A stretch of DNA of 64,000 nucleotides from Squalus acanthias. Its lineage: Eukaryota. The stretch spans positions 7,564,001 through 7,628,000 of the forward strand of contig CM059452.1 in assembly GCA_030390025.1 (NCBI GenBank). The letters run 5' to 3'. This document shows positions 11,063-23,305 of this stretch, piece by piece. The notes under the pieces are model-generated. The model did no database searches. It was not told where the DNA came from and was given only the letters and a program-made list of their open reading frames with translations. Numbering within the stretch: position 1 is the first letter of the stretch; the number at the start of each line of letters is the position of its first letter. The position numbers and the translations under genes were made by a program.

Positions 11063-12599
11063 TTAGTACTTGTAGATTAGACCTTGTTCTGTTCATTATA
11101 ATTTATGTGTACCTTTATTAATAATAAATGTATAATATCTATATACAAATGCAGCTGGATGAGTGAAATGCCTTTATTGAGGTAACCAGGCTGATGACTG
11201 ACAGACAGATGGACAGCGGCCTCTCTGGGCCTCGCTCACTTGTTCTACATCAGCAGGGGGGTGGGGCAGCTTGTATCAGGGTTTCCCCAGTGCAGACACA
11301 GAGAAAGGAATCACTGGTCACCGGGAAAAGCGGGAGGGAAATCATACTGACTGGAGCCCGTGCACGCACAAAGATCACAGGCATCCAGCACCAGTTGAAC
11401 TGAAAGGAAATGAAAGTCAGTTGTTGTGAATGCGGATTGCGGGTTGTTGTTGTTTATTGTGCGGATCAGAAAGGGTCAAATCTCCCAGCGGAAAATGTCA
11501 GTTTCCAAGCTCCACTTCCTCTTATTAATGTTTTCGTCCCTGTAAGTGATGATGTACACGGCTCGACATTCGCCATCAGAATCCCCGCAACACACCTCCC
11601 CATAAAAGGACACTGCCTCATACACACACTTATTGTCTGTTTTCACCCAATATCCGATCAATGTAAAAGGTCTCATCGTATCCGCCAGAGGGCGCCGTGG
11701 TCCCATGATTCTCGCTGCTCCCTCGGGACTCGAACCATTGTTCTTCCTGATTTGTGTAAACGCATCACAATTCCAAAGCCTACTTGTATCTGAGTTTTTG
11801 TTCGTGGGATTCAGCAAAGCTTTCCCCCCATCTCTTTTACTTTGTTAGCTATTCATCGTCACAATCTCTACCACGCTTATGAATTATTTCCTTATACTGC
11901 ATATCTTAAAGCGACTGCGAGTGACTTCGTTGGTAGCTGCCGTTTAAAAAAAAACCCTTATATATTAAAATCTGGAATGAAAGACACACTCAGAGAGATG
12001 GGACTGTAACCCGGGTGAGGAGTTTCTCCCGTGTCAATAACCACCATTTCCCTTCCCATGTGATTAATTTCAGGATAGTGGAATGACGCCTCCTGTTAGT
12101 TTCAGGCAGACATTAATCTAACGGGTTCAGCAGATATTTGGGGAAGGGGCTCATATTCCCCTCCAAGCAATTACCAACAAAGTCGGATGATGGCGGTAAG
12201 ATATTATCTCGAAGTGACAATATATTGGTTTGAAAGTAGATTAAGATGTTGTTTATTTCAATCACTGCCACTAATCAGACTGAAGTGGTTGATGGGGAGT
12301 CGGGTTTGATTAACCTGCTGGGGACCCATAGTGGGAAGATTTCCTCTGGTCTCTCTCTGTAAATCTCATCCACAAGCTGTTTTAACGAAATCGCACGTTT
12401 ATTATTTTAGAATGCATTCACTATTTCGTTAGAAATAGGGAGCAGAGGAAATCTACCACACACAGCGGATAGTTCAGTGTAACCACGAATGATACAGGAC
12501 AAAGAAGTTAATACCGTTTGGCTCTTCAACCTTGTTATCCCCTCCCCCTTTTCCCAGCTTTACCCTGGCCTTAAATCTATTTGATTTCCAGCTCTTCCC

Positions 12600-12636
12600 A
12601 GTTCTGATGAAAGGTCATCGACCTGAAACGTCAACT
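12600..12636 (+). ncRNA. Minimal type I hammerhead ribozyme motif (copy 1)
   Basis: AGTT-CTGATGA-A-AGGTC atc GACCT-GAAA-CG-TC-AACT: catalytic core, 5-bp stem II, 4-bp stem I. Confidence 0.7.
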
Positions 12637-12901
12637 CTCTTTCTCTCTCCACGGATGCTGCCTGGCCTGCTGAGTTTTTCCAGCGTTTTCTGTTGTTATT
12701 TCGGATTTCCAGCATCCGCAGTATTTTGCTATCGTATTAGTGTTTGGTTCACTGCCATCTCTCTTCTTGGAATGCCTACCTTGAAGAAGTTCTGCTCTTC
12801 TCTTCGACGGGATTTCCGTTTGGCTCTTCAACCTTGTTATCCCCTCCCCCTTTTCCCAGCTTTACCCTGGCCTTAAATCTATTTGATTTCCAGCTCTTCC
12901 C

Positions 12902-12938
12902 AGTTCTGATGAAAGGTCATCGACCTGAAACGTCAACT
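12902..12938 (+). ncRNA. Minimal type I hammerhead ribozyme motif (copy 2)
   Basis: Identical motif 302 nt downstream. Confidence 0.7.
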
Positions 12939-13203
12939 CTCTTTCTCTCTCCACGGATGCTGCCTGGCCTGCTGAGTTTTTCCAGCGTTTTCTGTTGTTA
13001 TTTCGGATTTCCAGCATCCGCAGTATTTTGCTATCGTATTAGTGTTTGGTTCACTGCCATCTCTCTTCTTGGAATGCCTACCTTGAAGAAGTTCTGCTCT
13101 TCTCTTCGACGGGATTTCCGTTTGGCTCTTCAACCTTGTTATCCCCTCCCCCTTTTCCCAGCTTTACCCTGGCCTTAAATCTATTTGATTTCCAGCTCTT
13201 CCC

Positions 13204-13240
13204 AGTTCTGATGAAAGGTCATCGACCTGAAACGTCAACT
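13204..13240 (+). ncRNA. Minimal type I hammerhead ribozyme motif (copy 3)
   Basis: Identical motif 604 nt downstream. Confidence 0.7.
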
Positions 13241-13719
13241 CTCTTTCTCTCTCCACGGATGCTGCCTGGCCTGCTGAGTTTTTCCAGCGTTTTCTGTTGT
13301 TATTTCGGATTTCCAGCATCCGCAGTATTTTGCTATCGTCAAAGAAGTTAATGCTCTCGGTGAGCCGTCACACACCGACATAAAATAAACAAACACTCAG
13401 TGTGACCAATTCGGGCCCATTAAATAAATCCCCGAACCTCAGCAAAGCTGAAGCTTTCTTCACGCCATAGGCAGCGCTTACTGAGTGATTGGCTGCACCT
13501 TCAGATACTTTATGCTGTGGTTCAAAGGGCTTCAACTGAGCCATGAGCCTCACTTGAATCTCATTTAAATATATGGCGGGTGTATAGGAGATGTTGTCAT
13601 TGGAGGGGAACAATGGGAGCAGGAAGTGGCGTTGGACCAATAAGAGCCCTTGACGAGGTATATTCCGGTCCGGGATGGGGCTCTTAAAGAGACCGACAGG
13701 TTTGGGCTCGGCAGCGGCC

Positions 13720-14401
13720 ATTCGGATATTCAGCGTGTGGGTTGTGTTTGGGGTGTTTATTGTCGGTAAGGATTAATCCAATTGTGTCGTGTTCAAACTA
13801 AAGTGTTAATATTATTTCAGCTTTTAATATTCGGTTTTATCTTGTTAATGAACACATGTTACAGATCAGAGTGATGGAGATTCTGTTACTCAGTCCCAGA
13901 CTTTAGTCAGCAGGAGAGAAGGTGAAGCGGTAACTACGAGGTGTACAAATGTGAGAAGTCGCACAACACCAGGTTATACTCCAACAGTTTTATTTGAAAT
14001 CACAAGCTTTCGGAGCTGCTGCTCTTTCGTCAGGTGATTTCAACTAAAACTGTTGGACTATAATCTGGTGTTGTGCGACTTCTCACTTTTGTCCACCCCA
14101 GTCCAACACCGGCATCTCCGCATATAAGATGTACCTACAGTACCACAGAAAACTATTATAATTTATATTGGTACCAGCACCAAGCAGAGAAGGAGCCCCA
14201 GTTTGTAATCAGGAGACGGTCTTGGGACACACAAGAACGGAGAGGAAAAGGTTTCGGAATCCGTTTTTCTGCTCAGCTCCAGACCTCGACTAAATTCAAG
14301 TGTTTAACCATTTTCGGGCTGCAGCTGACTGACTCTGCCGTGTATTACTGCACCCTGGGACTCACAGTGATGGAAAGCAGTCTCACTCCCGTACAAAAAT
14401 T
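13720..14401 (+). pseudogene. TCR V pseudogene (leader start ATG>ATT; V exon from 13865 interrupted by a repeat; RSS 14363-14401)
   Basis: Leader (I)RIFSVWVVFGVFIV+GTAAG; DSVTQ...EGEAVT [insert] CTYST...YWYQ...DSAVYYCTLG; CACAGTG-23-ACAAAAATT. Confidence 0.87.
13946..14122. mobile_element. Short Penelope-like element with inverted arms and a minus-strand hammerhead motif (14036-14001)
   Basis: Arms gtgagaagtcgcacaacaccag.../...ctggtgttgtgcgacttctcac; minus strand reads CAC-CTGACGA-A-AGAGC agca GCTCC-GAAA-GC-TT-GTG. Confidence 0.7.
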
Positions 14402-14719
14402 GCCATTGGACGGTACGGCGGAGCTCCTGTCTGTTGGGGTTGTGTGGAATCGCGGGCAGATGCAGCCACAATGAGCAGCGCGCTGTCAGGCGCTCAAACA
14501 CTCACCGAGAGGAAACCAAATTAACCTCGGATCAAACTGTCACCCAACTGTTTCCAGGAGCGACCGAGAAAACAAACTGCAGAATCCAATCGGCCCAAAT
14601 GATCGATCAGAGAATGAACCGACCGGTTAAACTGTCCTTTCTGCTTCTCATCAGCTGTTTTCCCTTTAAAATCATGGATCGATGTTCAGATTTGTTCCGA
14701 GAAAGTGGTCGCTTACACT

Positions 14720-14880
14720 CAAACGTCACTCAAATATCGCCGAAACAAGTCACCCAAACATGGCCGAAGGCACGTCACTCAAACATGGCCGACGGCACAT
14801 CACTTCAACATGTCCGACAGCACGTCACACAAACATGGCCGACGTGCGTCACACAAACTGCAGACTGACGTCACGCAAAC
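14720..14880. repeat. Degenerate ~25-bp tandem repeat (CACGTCAC..AAACATGGCCGA)
   Basis: Recurring cacgtcac/aaacatggccga motifs. Confidence 0.7.
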
Positions 14881-15052
14881 ACAAAGCGGGAGAGTCTAAC
14901 GCTGACTGAAGCTCAATGTTACATTGCATATTCTTCAAGATTACAGAATAGAAATGGGAGAAATGATTAATTGTACTTCAGTCATCTTTAATGTTTTGAC
15001 GCCGATGATCCCTTCTGGCTGTACACGTTAATAGGTACCGTCGACAGCAAGT

Positions 15053-15150
15053 GCAGATTGACGTCACAGAGACTGCAGACTGACGTCACAGCGACTGCAG
15101 ACTAACGTCACAGAGACTGCAGACTGACGCCATACAGACTGCAGCCTGCA
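15053..15150. repeat. 22-bp tandem repeat containing TGACGTCA
   Basis: (tgacgtcacagagactgcagac) about 4 copies. Confidence 0.8.
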
Positions 15151-15904
15151 CGATGTCACCAGGGGACATGGGAATAGGAAAATCTGGGGTTTGTGAAGGG
15201 AATGGAGGTGATGGGGAGAAATGAGCGTGAGGACAAGCAGAAAAGATGGGGATAAATAGACGGAAAAAGCAGACGGGGAACGGAAAAACAAACAATAGGT
15301 TCAAATTCTGAACAGGAACAATAGAAGTGATTGATTCAAAGGAATATCTGATCAATGTACTCGTGCAGGTGAGTGAGCAACCCCTCGGTGGATCAGCCCC
15401 ACCCATGTCTGCTCGCCATGTTTAAATATCTGAGCATTGTACATATACAAGTGAATGAGGCCCCTCACTGTGGACCAGCTCAGTGTCTGTCTGCTCTCAT
15501 TGGTTAAAGATTTGAGCAATGTTTCTGTGCAGGTGAATGAAGCCACCTCCATCGATCAGCTCTTTGCCAGTCTGTACACTTTGAGAGGGAGATAGATAAA
15601 GGTGAGAATGAGTACAGTGAGACAGAGAGACACCAGCAGAGGGATTGAATCAGGCGTGTATTTATAAATATAAAGTCACAAAAAGGGAACAGTTTAATAA
15701 GGGTTGTGCTGACTATTCCCCCACGAGGATAACCCCGGAAGCCGTGCAGCGGGGTAAAGGGATCGGCACTGTTCTGTGTAATACAAATGGATAATGAGAG
15801 GGCTGATTAAACAAAGCCTGACTGAGGTAGAGTGACTCACACGGACACTGGCAGAGAGAGTGACGCTGGCTGAAACTCAGGGACACACAAACAGACTGCA
15901 GACA

Positions 15905-16735
15905 TTTTTTTATTCGTTAATGGAATGTGGGTGGCGCTGGCAAGAGCAGCATCTATTGCCCATCCCTATTTGTCCTTGAGAAGGTGATGGTGAGCCGCCG
16001 TCTTGAACCGCTGCAGTCTGTGTGGTGAAGGTACTCCCACAGTTCTGTTTGGGAGGGAGTTCCAGGATTTTGAGCAAGCGACAATGAAGGATCGGCGATA
16101 CTTCTAAGTCAGGATCCTGTGTGATTTGGAGGGGAACTTGTAGATGGTGGTGTTCCCATGTGCCTGCTGTCCTTGTCCTTCTAGGTGGAAGAGGTCGCGG
16201 GTTTGGGAGGTGCTGCCGAAGAAGCCTTGGCAAGTTGCTGCAGTGCATCTTGTAGATGGTACACACTGCAGCCACGGTACGCTGGTGGTGGAGGGAGTGA
16301 ATGTTTAAGGTGGTGGATGGGGTGCCAATCAAGCGGGCTGCTTTGTCCTGGATGGTGTCGAGCTTCTTGAGTCTTGTTGGAGCTGCACTCATCCAGGCAA
16401 GTGAAGGGTATTCTATCACACTCCTTACTTGTGCCTTGTTGATGGTGGAAAGGCTTTGGGGAGTCAGGAGGAGAGACACTCGCCGCAGAATACCTAGCCT
16501 CTGACGTGCTCTTGTTGCCACACCATAGGCCAGTTAAGTTTACATAGAACATAGAACAGTACAGCACAGTACAGGCACTTCGGCCCTCGATGTTGTGCCG
16601 AGCATTGTCCGAAACCAAGATCAAGCTATCCCACTCCCTATCATTCTGGTGTGCTCCATGTGCTTATCCAATAACCGTTACTGGTCAATGGTGACCCCCA
16701 GGATGTTGATGGTGGGGGATTCGGCGATGGTGTGG
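15905..16735 (-). mobile_element. CR1/L2-group LINE 3' fragment with a nested short CR1 3' end (~16542-16680)
   Basis: ORF 15910-16521 ARQRLGILRRV...KAQVRSVIEY...AW...KKLDTIQ resembles an RT C-terminus; acatagaacatagaac tail. Confidence 0.8.
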
Positions 16736-17557
16736 ACATTAGTGAACTAAATCGTTTTTTACAACAATACGATAGTTTCATGGTTACCATTACTGATACT
16801 AGCTTTTTATTTCAGATTTATTTTAATTAACTGAATTTAAACTGATAGTTCAGGGAAGTGGCGTTGAGGTAGAAGATCAGCCATGATCTTATTGAATGGC
16901 GGAGCAAGCTCGAAGGGCCAAATGGCCGACTCCTGCTGCTATTTCTTATGCTCTTATGTTCTTAGTCTTTTGTATTCAGTCGGTCCTCTGACTATCTGGC
17001 ACGGAGCCAAGAACACACCATGTGTGTCCTTAGAGATTATTATTCGATTAATGTTTGTTCATCAGCTTCTTCTCTTGTCCTGAATTTGACCTTCTGGAAC
17101 CTGCTTTTACTGCAGATTTTCACTTTATATATGGGCAAGTCTCTATAATTTTGAGAAATGTTCAATAAAGTTATTAGAATTATACGGGTCTTCCCCACCC
17201 GACCTATCTCTGTCTACACTGTAGACTGATATTTTAAACCAATCATTATTTGTCCGTTTGCCGTGCGTTATATCCGAAGCAGCGGTGCACCAGATACAGG
17301 CCACCCGCAGGTGTGTTTATTCTCAATGGGACTGGCGCTTCCTAAAGATACAGAAATACACATCAACCATTTTTGATCTCATGCAGTTAATACAATAATC
17401 AGACGGAATCATTATTCGATGTGAACGGTTTTATATGAGTTTTATGTGGATTCTGCTCGGGGTCTGCGCGCACAGGAATGTAGTCACGTGTCAGTGTCTG
17501 ACCCGCTGTGATAAACAGCCCACAACAGGCAGCAGCTGTGACCCAGAAACCTGCTGC

Positions 17558-17900
17558 AGTTATTGGACGAGGCTTTAGCTCGTTCCCATCACTGTGAGCC
17601 TCAGTGCACAGTAATACACCGCGGTGTCAGTCAGCCGCAGCCCCGAGATGGTCAATCGGTACAACTTGTCTGACTGCTGGACTGCATCAGAAAACCGGCC
17701 TTGCGCGAAATCCGGCTGATATTCAGAACCGCCGCTCGTGTACTTCTGGACTGCAAACTCGGGCTGTCTGCCTGGGTATTGGCGGTACCAGAACAAGTAA
17801 TAACCATCGCCGGGATAGGTGTAGGTTAAAGTGACATCTTCTCCCTCCGTCTGTGTGAGCGAGGACTCTCGCTGAGTAACAGAATCTCCATCGCTCAGAT
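17558..17900 (-). pseudogene. TCR V segment, open V exon but first Cys replaced by Tyr; leader not found
   Basis: DSVTQRESSLTQTEGEDVTLTYTY...FWYRQ...DTAVYYCALR; RSS CACAGTG-23-CCAATAACT at 17596-17558. Confidence 0.82.
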
Positions 17901-18985
17901 CTGCAACACACGGTTAAAACAAAGCGGAAATCATCGGTTAAAGGTTCAAACTGAACCAACTGACGGTGAAAATGCGCAGCGAGTTTTACATAAAATTAAA
18001 TAGAATTTACTTCACAGAAAAAGGTAATTTGTCCCAACCAGTCTATGCCGTGTTTATGCTCCACACGAGCCTCCACCCAGCCTTCTTCATCTCCCCCTAT
18101 CAACATATCCTTCTATTCCTTTCTCCCTCGTGTACTTATCTAACTTCCCCTTCAATTAATCTATGCTGTTCGCCTCAACTATTGCTTGTGGCAGCGGATT
18201 CTGCATTCTAACCTTGGTAAAGACGTTTCTCCAGAATTCACCATTGGATTTTTTGTGATTATGTAGATGAAGATGTTCAGCGTGTTTCTCTCACTGTCAG
18301 TAATCAGGCTGAGGTGGTTGACGGGGCTCGGGTTTGATTAACCTTCTGCTGGGGACAAACAAGGGGAAGATTTCCTCTGGTCTTCCAAACACAGCGGGAA
18401 ATCTCGACCGATCGCTAGTTTAGTAGAATCGTCATTCATTGTTTTAGAACGCGTTCACTATGTCACTAGAAGTAGCGACCAGGGGAAATCTGCCGCATAG
18501 AGCGGACACCTCGGTGTAGACACGAATATCACAGGAGAATGAGATTATTGCTCTCGGTGAGCCGTCACACACCGTCAGAAATTAAACCAACACGCAGAAA
18601 AGGGAAAGTTTAGAGCCCTTTGAATATAATCCCAAATCTAAGCAAAGCTGCACACTTCTGTGCTGGTGTAAGGGGTGTGAAAATGAAACAAACACAGCGG
18701 CAGTGAAGAGGGAAACTTGAAATTGAACAGACATTACACGGTACATTGGCCTATTAAACCTGCGCGGGTTTCTTCCTGTTCATCCCTCATTATAGAGTGA
18801 ATGAAATCTAAAACCATACTCCTTTATTCAGAGCTGTTGGGAGCTGCCCTGTCGGAATATTCTGTCCTGACAGTAACTGTCCTAATCAGGTCATCACAGG
18901 CGGGTATTCCGGCCACACACTGTTCTATTTACACGCGGTGTGCTGCAGTTTTTGTACAGGACGGGCACAGAGCTGTGCAGCTGTG

Positions 18986-19427
18986 GGTCTCAGAGCGCAG
19001 TAATACACGGCGCCGTCTGACAGCTCCAACCCAGAAACTGTCAGCCGAACCGCGCCCTCTTCTGCGCTCAGCTCTGCTGTGAAACGGTCCTTGGCGAAGT
19101 CGGCTGGGAAGGTGCCGTATATGGTGATAAGCAACACGTTCACCGGAGGCCGACCGGAAATTTGCCGGTACCAGAAAAGTCGAGGGTTTGTATCTGTTGT
19201 TGTAAAACTACAATTCAACGTCACCGTTTCTCCTTCCCGCACCGTCCTGGTCGAATAGTCTTGGTGCACGGAATCGCCGCCAACGCTGTTAGCTGGAAGA
19301 GAAATTGATCATTTATAAATATCCGCCCCTCTAACCGGACCTATTGGTGTGTTTTGTACTCGCATTCCACAGGTACTTACACAGCACAGAGAGCACCAAC
19401 ACCACACTGAAAGAAACAGGGAAACAT
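18986..19427 (-). CDS. TRAV/TRDV: TCR alpha/delta V segment; V exon (19292-18986) intact, leader (19427-19381) apparently 1 nt out of phase
   Basis: DSVHQ...TLNC...FWYRQ...DGAVYYCALR; RSS CACAGCT-23-ACAAAAACT at 18985-18947; leader is 47 nt. Confidence 0.78.
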
Positions 19428-20663
19428 ATCGCTGTCCGCGGGTTTCAATATGAGCATCGACCCCTTCACTACTGTAGCAAAAACTGCCACCAGTACCGGA
19501 TCAGGCTGAGCAATTTAACCCCCTTGACAGGCATAGAAAGGGAAGTGACCCTACAACTATGTCACATCCGTTTGTGATAATTTCACACCATCAGGGAGCG
19601 GGGAGAATTGCTCTGGTCACTGTGTGTGCAGCAACATCCGAAATGTTTCAATGGAGGTTCCTCTGGTCGGCATTTCTAGGGAAATCATAAACTCTTCCTT
19701 TTTGAATAACTGATTTTCACAAAAAACGTATTTAAGTTTCATTTAGAGGGAGACCAGAGGAAATCTTCGTGGAACAATCTACCATTCCCCGCACTCAGTG
19801 AGCAGATAAACTATCCCCCTTCCTTAATCATTTAGTTCATTGCATGTAGCAGTGGCATTTTACATAGACAGTGTTGAGCTGCCCTTAGCGTTACCCGGGG
19901 ACAATAAATTATCTTTGATATAGCAAATAACGATCGAGAGACTATGGAAATTCGCTCCACGGCGCCACCAATTGGACGGAGCCAGAAACTACATGCTGAC
20001 TGCTCTCCTTGGTCACTGTTACCGCCCAGTGTCTCTTTAACTCTCCTTCTGAGCTCATGTCATAGACACATAGAATCTTACAGCACAGAAGGTGACCTTT
20101 GCCCCGTTGTGCCTGTGCTGTTAGTACCACTGCCCTGCTCTTTCCCCATAGCCCTGAAAATGTTTCCTTTTCAAGGATATATCAAATTCCCTTTTGCAAT
20201 TTCCTTTTTATAGGGAAGGCAGCATCCTACACAAGAGTTACACCAATGTATAGAGAGATAATGTAAACCTTTGGTCCGCGGAAATTGCTCGGTCCGCCTC
20301 TGTGTCGGTGTGTCTCCCTCAATCTCTATGTAAAGATAAGAGATAATTATATCGAAAAATAAATAAAAGGAAGACAGAAGGAGGATGTAAAGTTTGGTTT
20401 GTAATATTGGAAAATAATGACCGGTTGAAGCTGGTCCCGGTAACCTCGCCACAAGCAGGCTGTTTAACATCGATTCAATATACCCATTTGAGTTTGTTGT
20501 AAAGTGTTTGTGCTACAGAGCAGCAGCAGGTTATTGGTAAAGAAACGGACACAAGTTCTTCGCAGGTCTCTGTCTCTCTCTCACTGTGGAGTCTGAATTG
20601 TCGCTTCTGTTTAGCGGGGTGAGAGCGCCCTCTGGTGAGCACTAACTGGAACTCTCAGTGTGG

Positions 20664-21203
20664 GGTTTTTGTACGGGATCCGCTGTATCTCTGCAGCAGT
20701 GTGGGTCTCATGGCACAGAAATACACGGCGGTGTCGGAGATCAGGGCGTTGCTGATCGTTAGCTCGGTAATCTTGGTAGTTTTATTAAATGTAGAAGAGA
20801 ATCGGTCTATGTCAGTGAAGTCGCGGTTCCTGTTTACTATCCCTCCAATAATATAAACCACGTACTGTGGAGGCTGCCCGGGGTGTTGACTGTACCAGAA
20901 CACTGTAGGGGTAGTAGTGCTTGTTTTCACGGTGCCGGTTAGAGTGACATTACTTTCCTCTTCAACTGTCATTTCAGGAACCGGCTGTTCCACTGTGTCT
21001 TGGCGGCTCCATTCTAAAATAACATAATAGTAATATTCACCATCATCATCACCTCAATTAACATAACCATCATCATCACCATCATTTCACCAATACTAAC
21101 ACCTGGGTTACAGCAGTCGGGGGAAGAATGCATTTTTACTGGGAAGGAAATACTTACTGACAAGTAATATAATGATGAGGAGCGGTGCGAGACGGTTCCG
21201 CAT
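20664..21203 (-). pseudogene. TCR V segment (paralog of 4082-4579), open frame but first Cys replaced by Gly
   Basis: Leader 21203-21158, V exon from 21013, TLTGTVK; RSS CACACTG-24-ACAAAAACC at 20703-20664. Confidence 0.85.
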
Positions 21204-21937
21204 GACACTCCCTGGGTCCATAACTCTGCTGTCCGGGAAATCCTCTGTCAAAGCAGAAATAAAGACCACCGCGCCACTGCACTGCTGAAACAACCAATGC
21301 CAAACAGGGAACAGCGGCAGCAATCTCTCCAATAACACAGGGCAGGCAAGGCGGGTCAGAGCGAGAGCAGCAGACGGAAGCTGTGGGCGGGGCTGCCGCG
21401 GGCAGTGTCACCGCAAGATTTGTCTCTATAATTTCCAGTTGATAACGACAAGAATCATGTGACCACGGCGCCCTCTGCCGGTGACTCTGGGAATTTCACA
21501 CTGTCAGGATAATGGACAGAATAAAGTGTGAGTTTATCGATGGGGCAGTTTCCAGAGGCCTGTTATTGGGAGACAATGTGTATTGTTTCAGACAATTCAG
21601 CTTTGTAAATAGGGCGAAGGGAAATGTGAATTAATTTAAAGGAAATGACATTTTACTTTATTTCTGAATCTCTTTCTTTATGGCTTTCTCTCATGTTTTA
21701 GCTTTGTGTTTCTCACTCGTTATTTCTCACTTTCTCTCATTCTCTCTTTGGTGTTTTCTCTTTCTTTTCCTCTGTCTATGTTTCCACCTCTCTCCATTTC
21801 TCACTTTCTTTAAATCTCTCTCTTCAATATATCATCATTGTTCTGTGCTCACTCCCTCTGTCCTCCGATTATTATAACCGGGCCCCTCCCAATCCCTTTA
21901 CTCCAAACACAGCAGAGCGGCGCTCCCCCTCGGGGCA

Positions 21938-22310
21938 GGTTTCTGTGCGGACTCTCCACCTGTTTGTTACACTGTGGGCTCACGGCGCAGAGATAGGTGG
22001 CGCTGTCTGTTTATCCCCCTTCTCTCACAGTCAGGACACTGAGTTTATTGCCTCCCCCGATTGAAGCAGTGATCCTCCCGTGTTGATCGGTCCCGCTTGT
22101 GGCCATCACCAGGTGCTGGAGGGTCTGATCCGGGTGCTGTCTGTACCAGTGCAGGAAGCTAAACGCAGCGGTAGCGGAGCAGTTGATGGACACGCTTCGC
22201 TCTTCACTAACAACCACCCGCCGATGGAGCTGCTCCACCTCATCCTCACCGCTCACATCCGTGCAGATCAGAGTGTAAATCAGCAGGGAAACTCTGTAAA
22301 TCAGGAGCAT
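21938..22310 (-). pseudogene. Single-exon leader-V pseudogene (paralog of 5426-5759)
   Basis: In-frame TAA in FR3 (REGG*TDSATYLC); RSS CACAGTG-23-ACAGAAACC at 21976-21938. Confidence 0.88.
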
Positions 22311-22489
22311 TGTCGGATCAGATGAAGAAGAGGCTGAAAGAATTGTACAGAAAGGTCGGGTTAGATCCAGGACACAGATATTATATTCAGGATAATTAAC
22401 AAGGAGACATACACCCGCTTCATGTCCAACTCAGGAGGTTTATTGCTGTCGAACTAACGAAACAAACTGTTTCCCGGAGTTTACCCACC

Positions 22490-22620
22490 CCGGGCCGCCC
22501 ACACTCAGTGTTTCTCAGTGACACTGTCTCTGAGCTCACACCGGGCCGCCCACACTCAGTGTTTCTCAGTGACACTGTCTCTGAGCTCACACCGGGCCGC
22601 TCACACTCAGTGTATCTCAC
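22490..22620. repeat. 51-bp tandem repeat x~2.6, variant of the 61-bp repeat at 5941
   Basis: ccgggccgc at 22490, 22541, 22592. Confidence 0.85.
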
Positions 22621-22639
22621 AAAGCTACTGCTTCCCTAT

Positions 22640-23305
22640 GTTGGTGTCTCCTTGCTTCACTCTTCTAAGTCACACCTTTATCGATCTCCCTCTGTTGTTG
22701 TCTCTCTGTATCACTAACTGTACTCAGTCTCACCTTTATCTATCTCCTCTCTTATCACTAACTGTACTCAGTCACACCTTTATCGATCTCCCTCTGTTGT
22801 TGTCTCTCTGTATCACTAACTGTACTCAGTCTCACCTTTATCTATCTCCCTCTCTTATCACTAACTGTACTCAGTCTCACCTTTATCTATCTCCCTCTCT
22901 TATCACTCACTGTACGCAGTCACACCCTTATCTATCTCTCCCTGTCGGTGTCTCTCTGTATCACTCACTGTACTCAGTCTCATCTTTATCTATCTCCTTC
23001 TGTTGGTGTCTCTCTATATCACTGTACTCAATCACACCTTTATCTATCTCCCTCTGTTGGTGTCTCCCTGCATCACAATACCCGGTTACACCTTTATTTA
23101 ACTTTTCTGTTGCTGTCTCTCTGTATCACTCACTGTACTCCGTCACACCTTTATCAATCTCCTTCTGATGGGGTTTCTCTGTATAACTGTGCTCAGTCAA
23201 ACATTTATCTAGCTCCCACTATTGGTGTCTCTGTATCACTAAATTCTGTCACACCTTTATCTATCTCCCTCTGCTGGTGTCTCCCTGTATTACTGTACTC
23301 AGTAC
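22640..23305. repeat. Degenerate CT-rich minisatellite
   Basis: Recurring tatcactaactgtactcagtc(t)cacctttatctatctcc. Confidence 0.85.

Larger units (their letters stand above)
12513..13339 (+). mobile_element. Tandem 302-bp x2.7 retroelement array (Penelope-like/retrozyme-like) with 13-bp TSD
   Basis: Near-identical units offset by 302 nt; CAAAGAAGTTAAT duplicated at 12500-12512 and 13340-13352; empty paralogous site near 18530-18560. Confidence 0.85.

Noticed and set aside
12532-13351. Repeated ORFs of 101-144 aa
   Set aside because: By-product of the 302-bp tandem repeat
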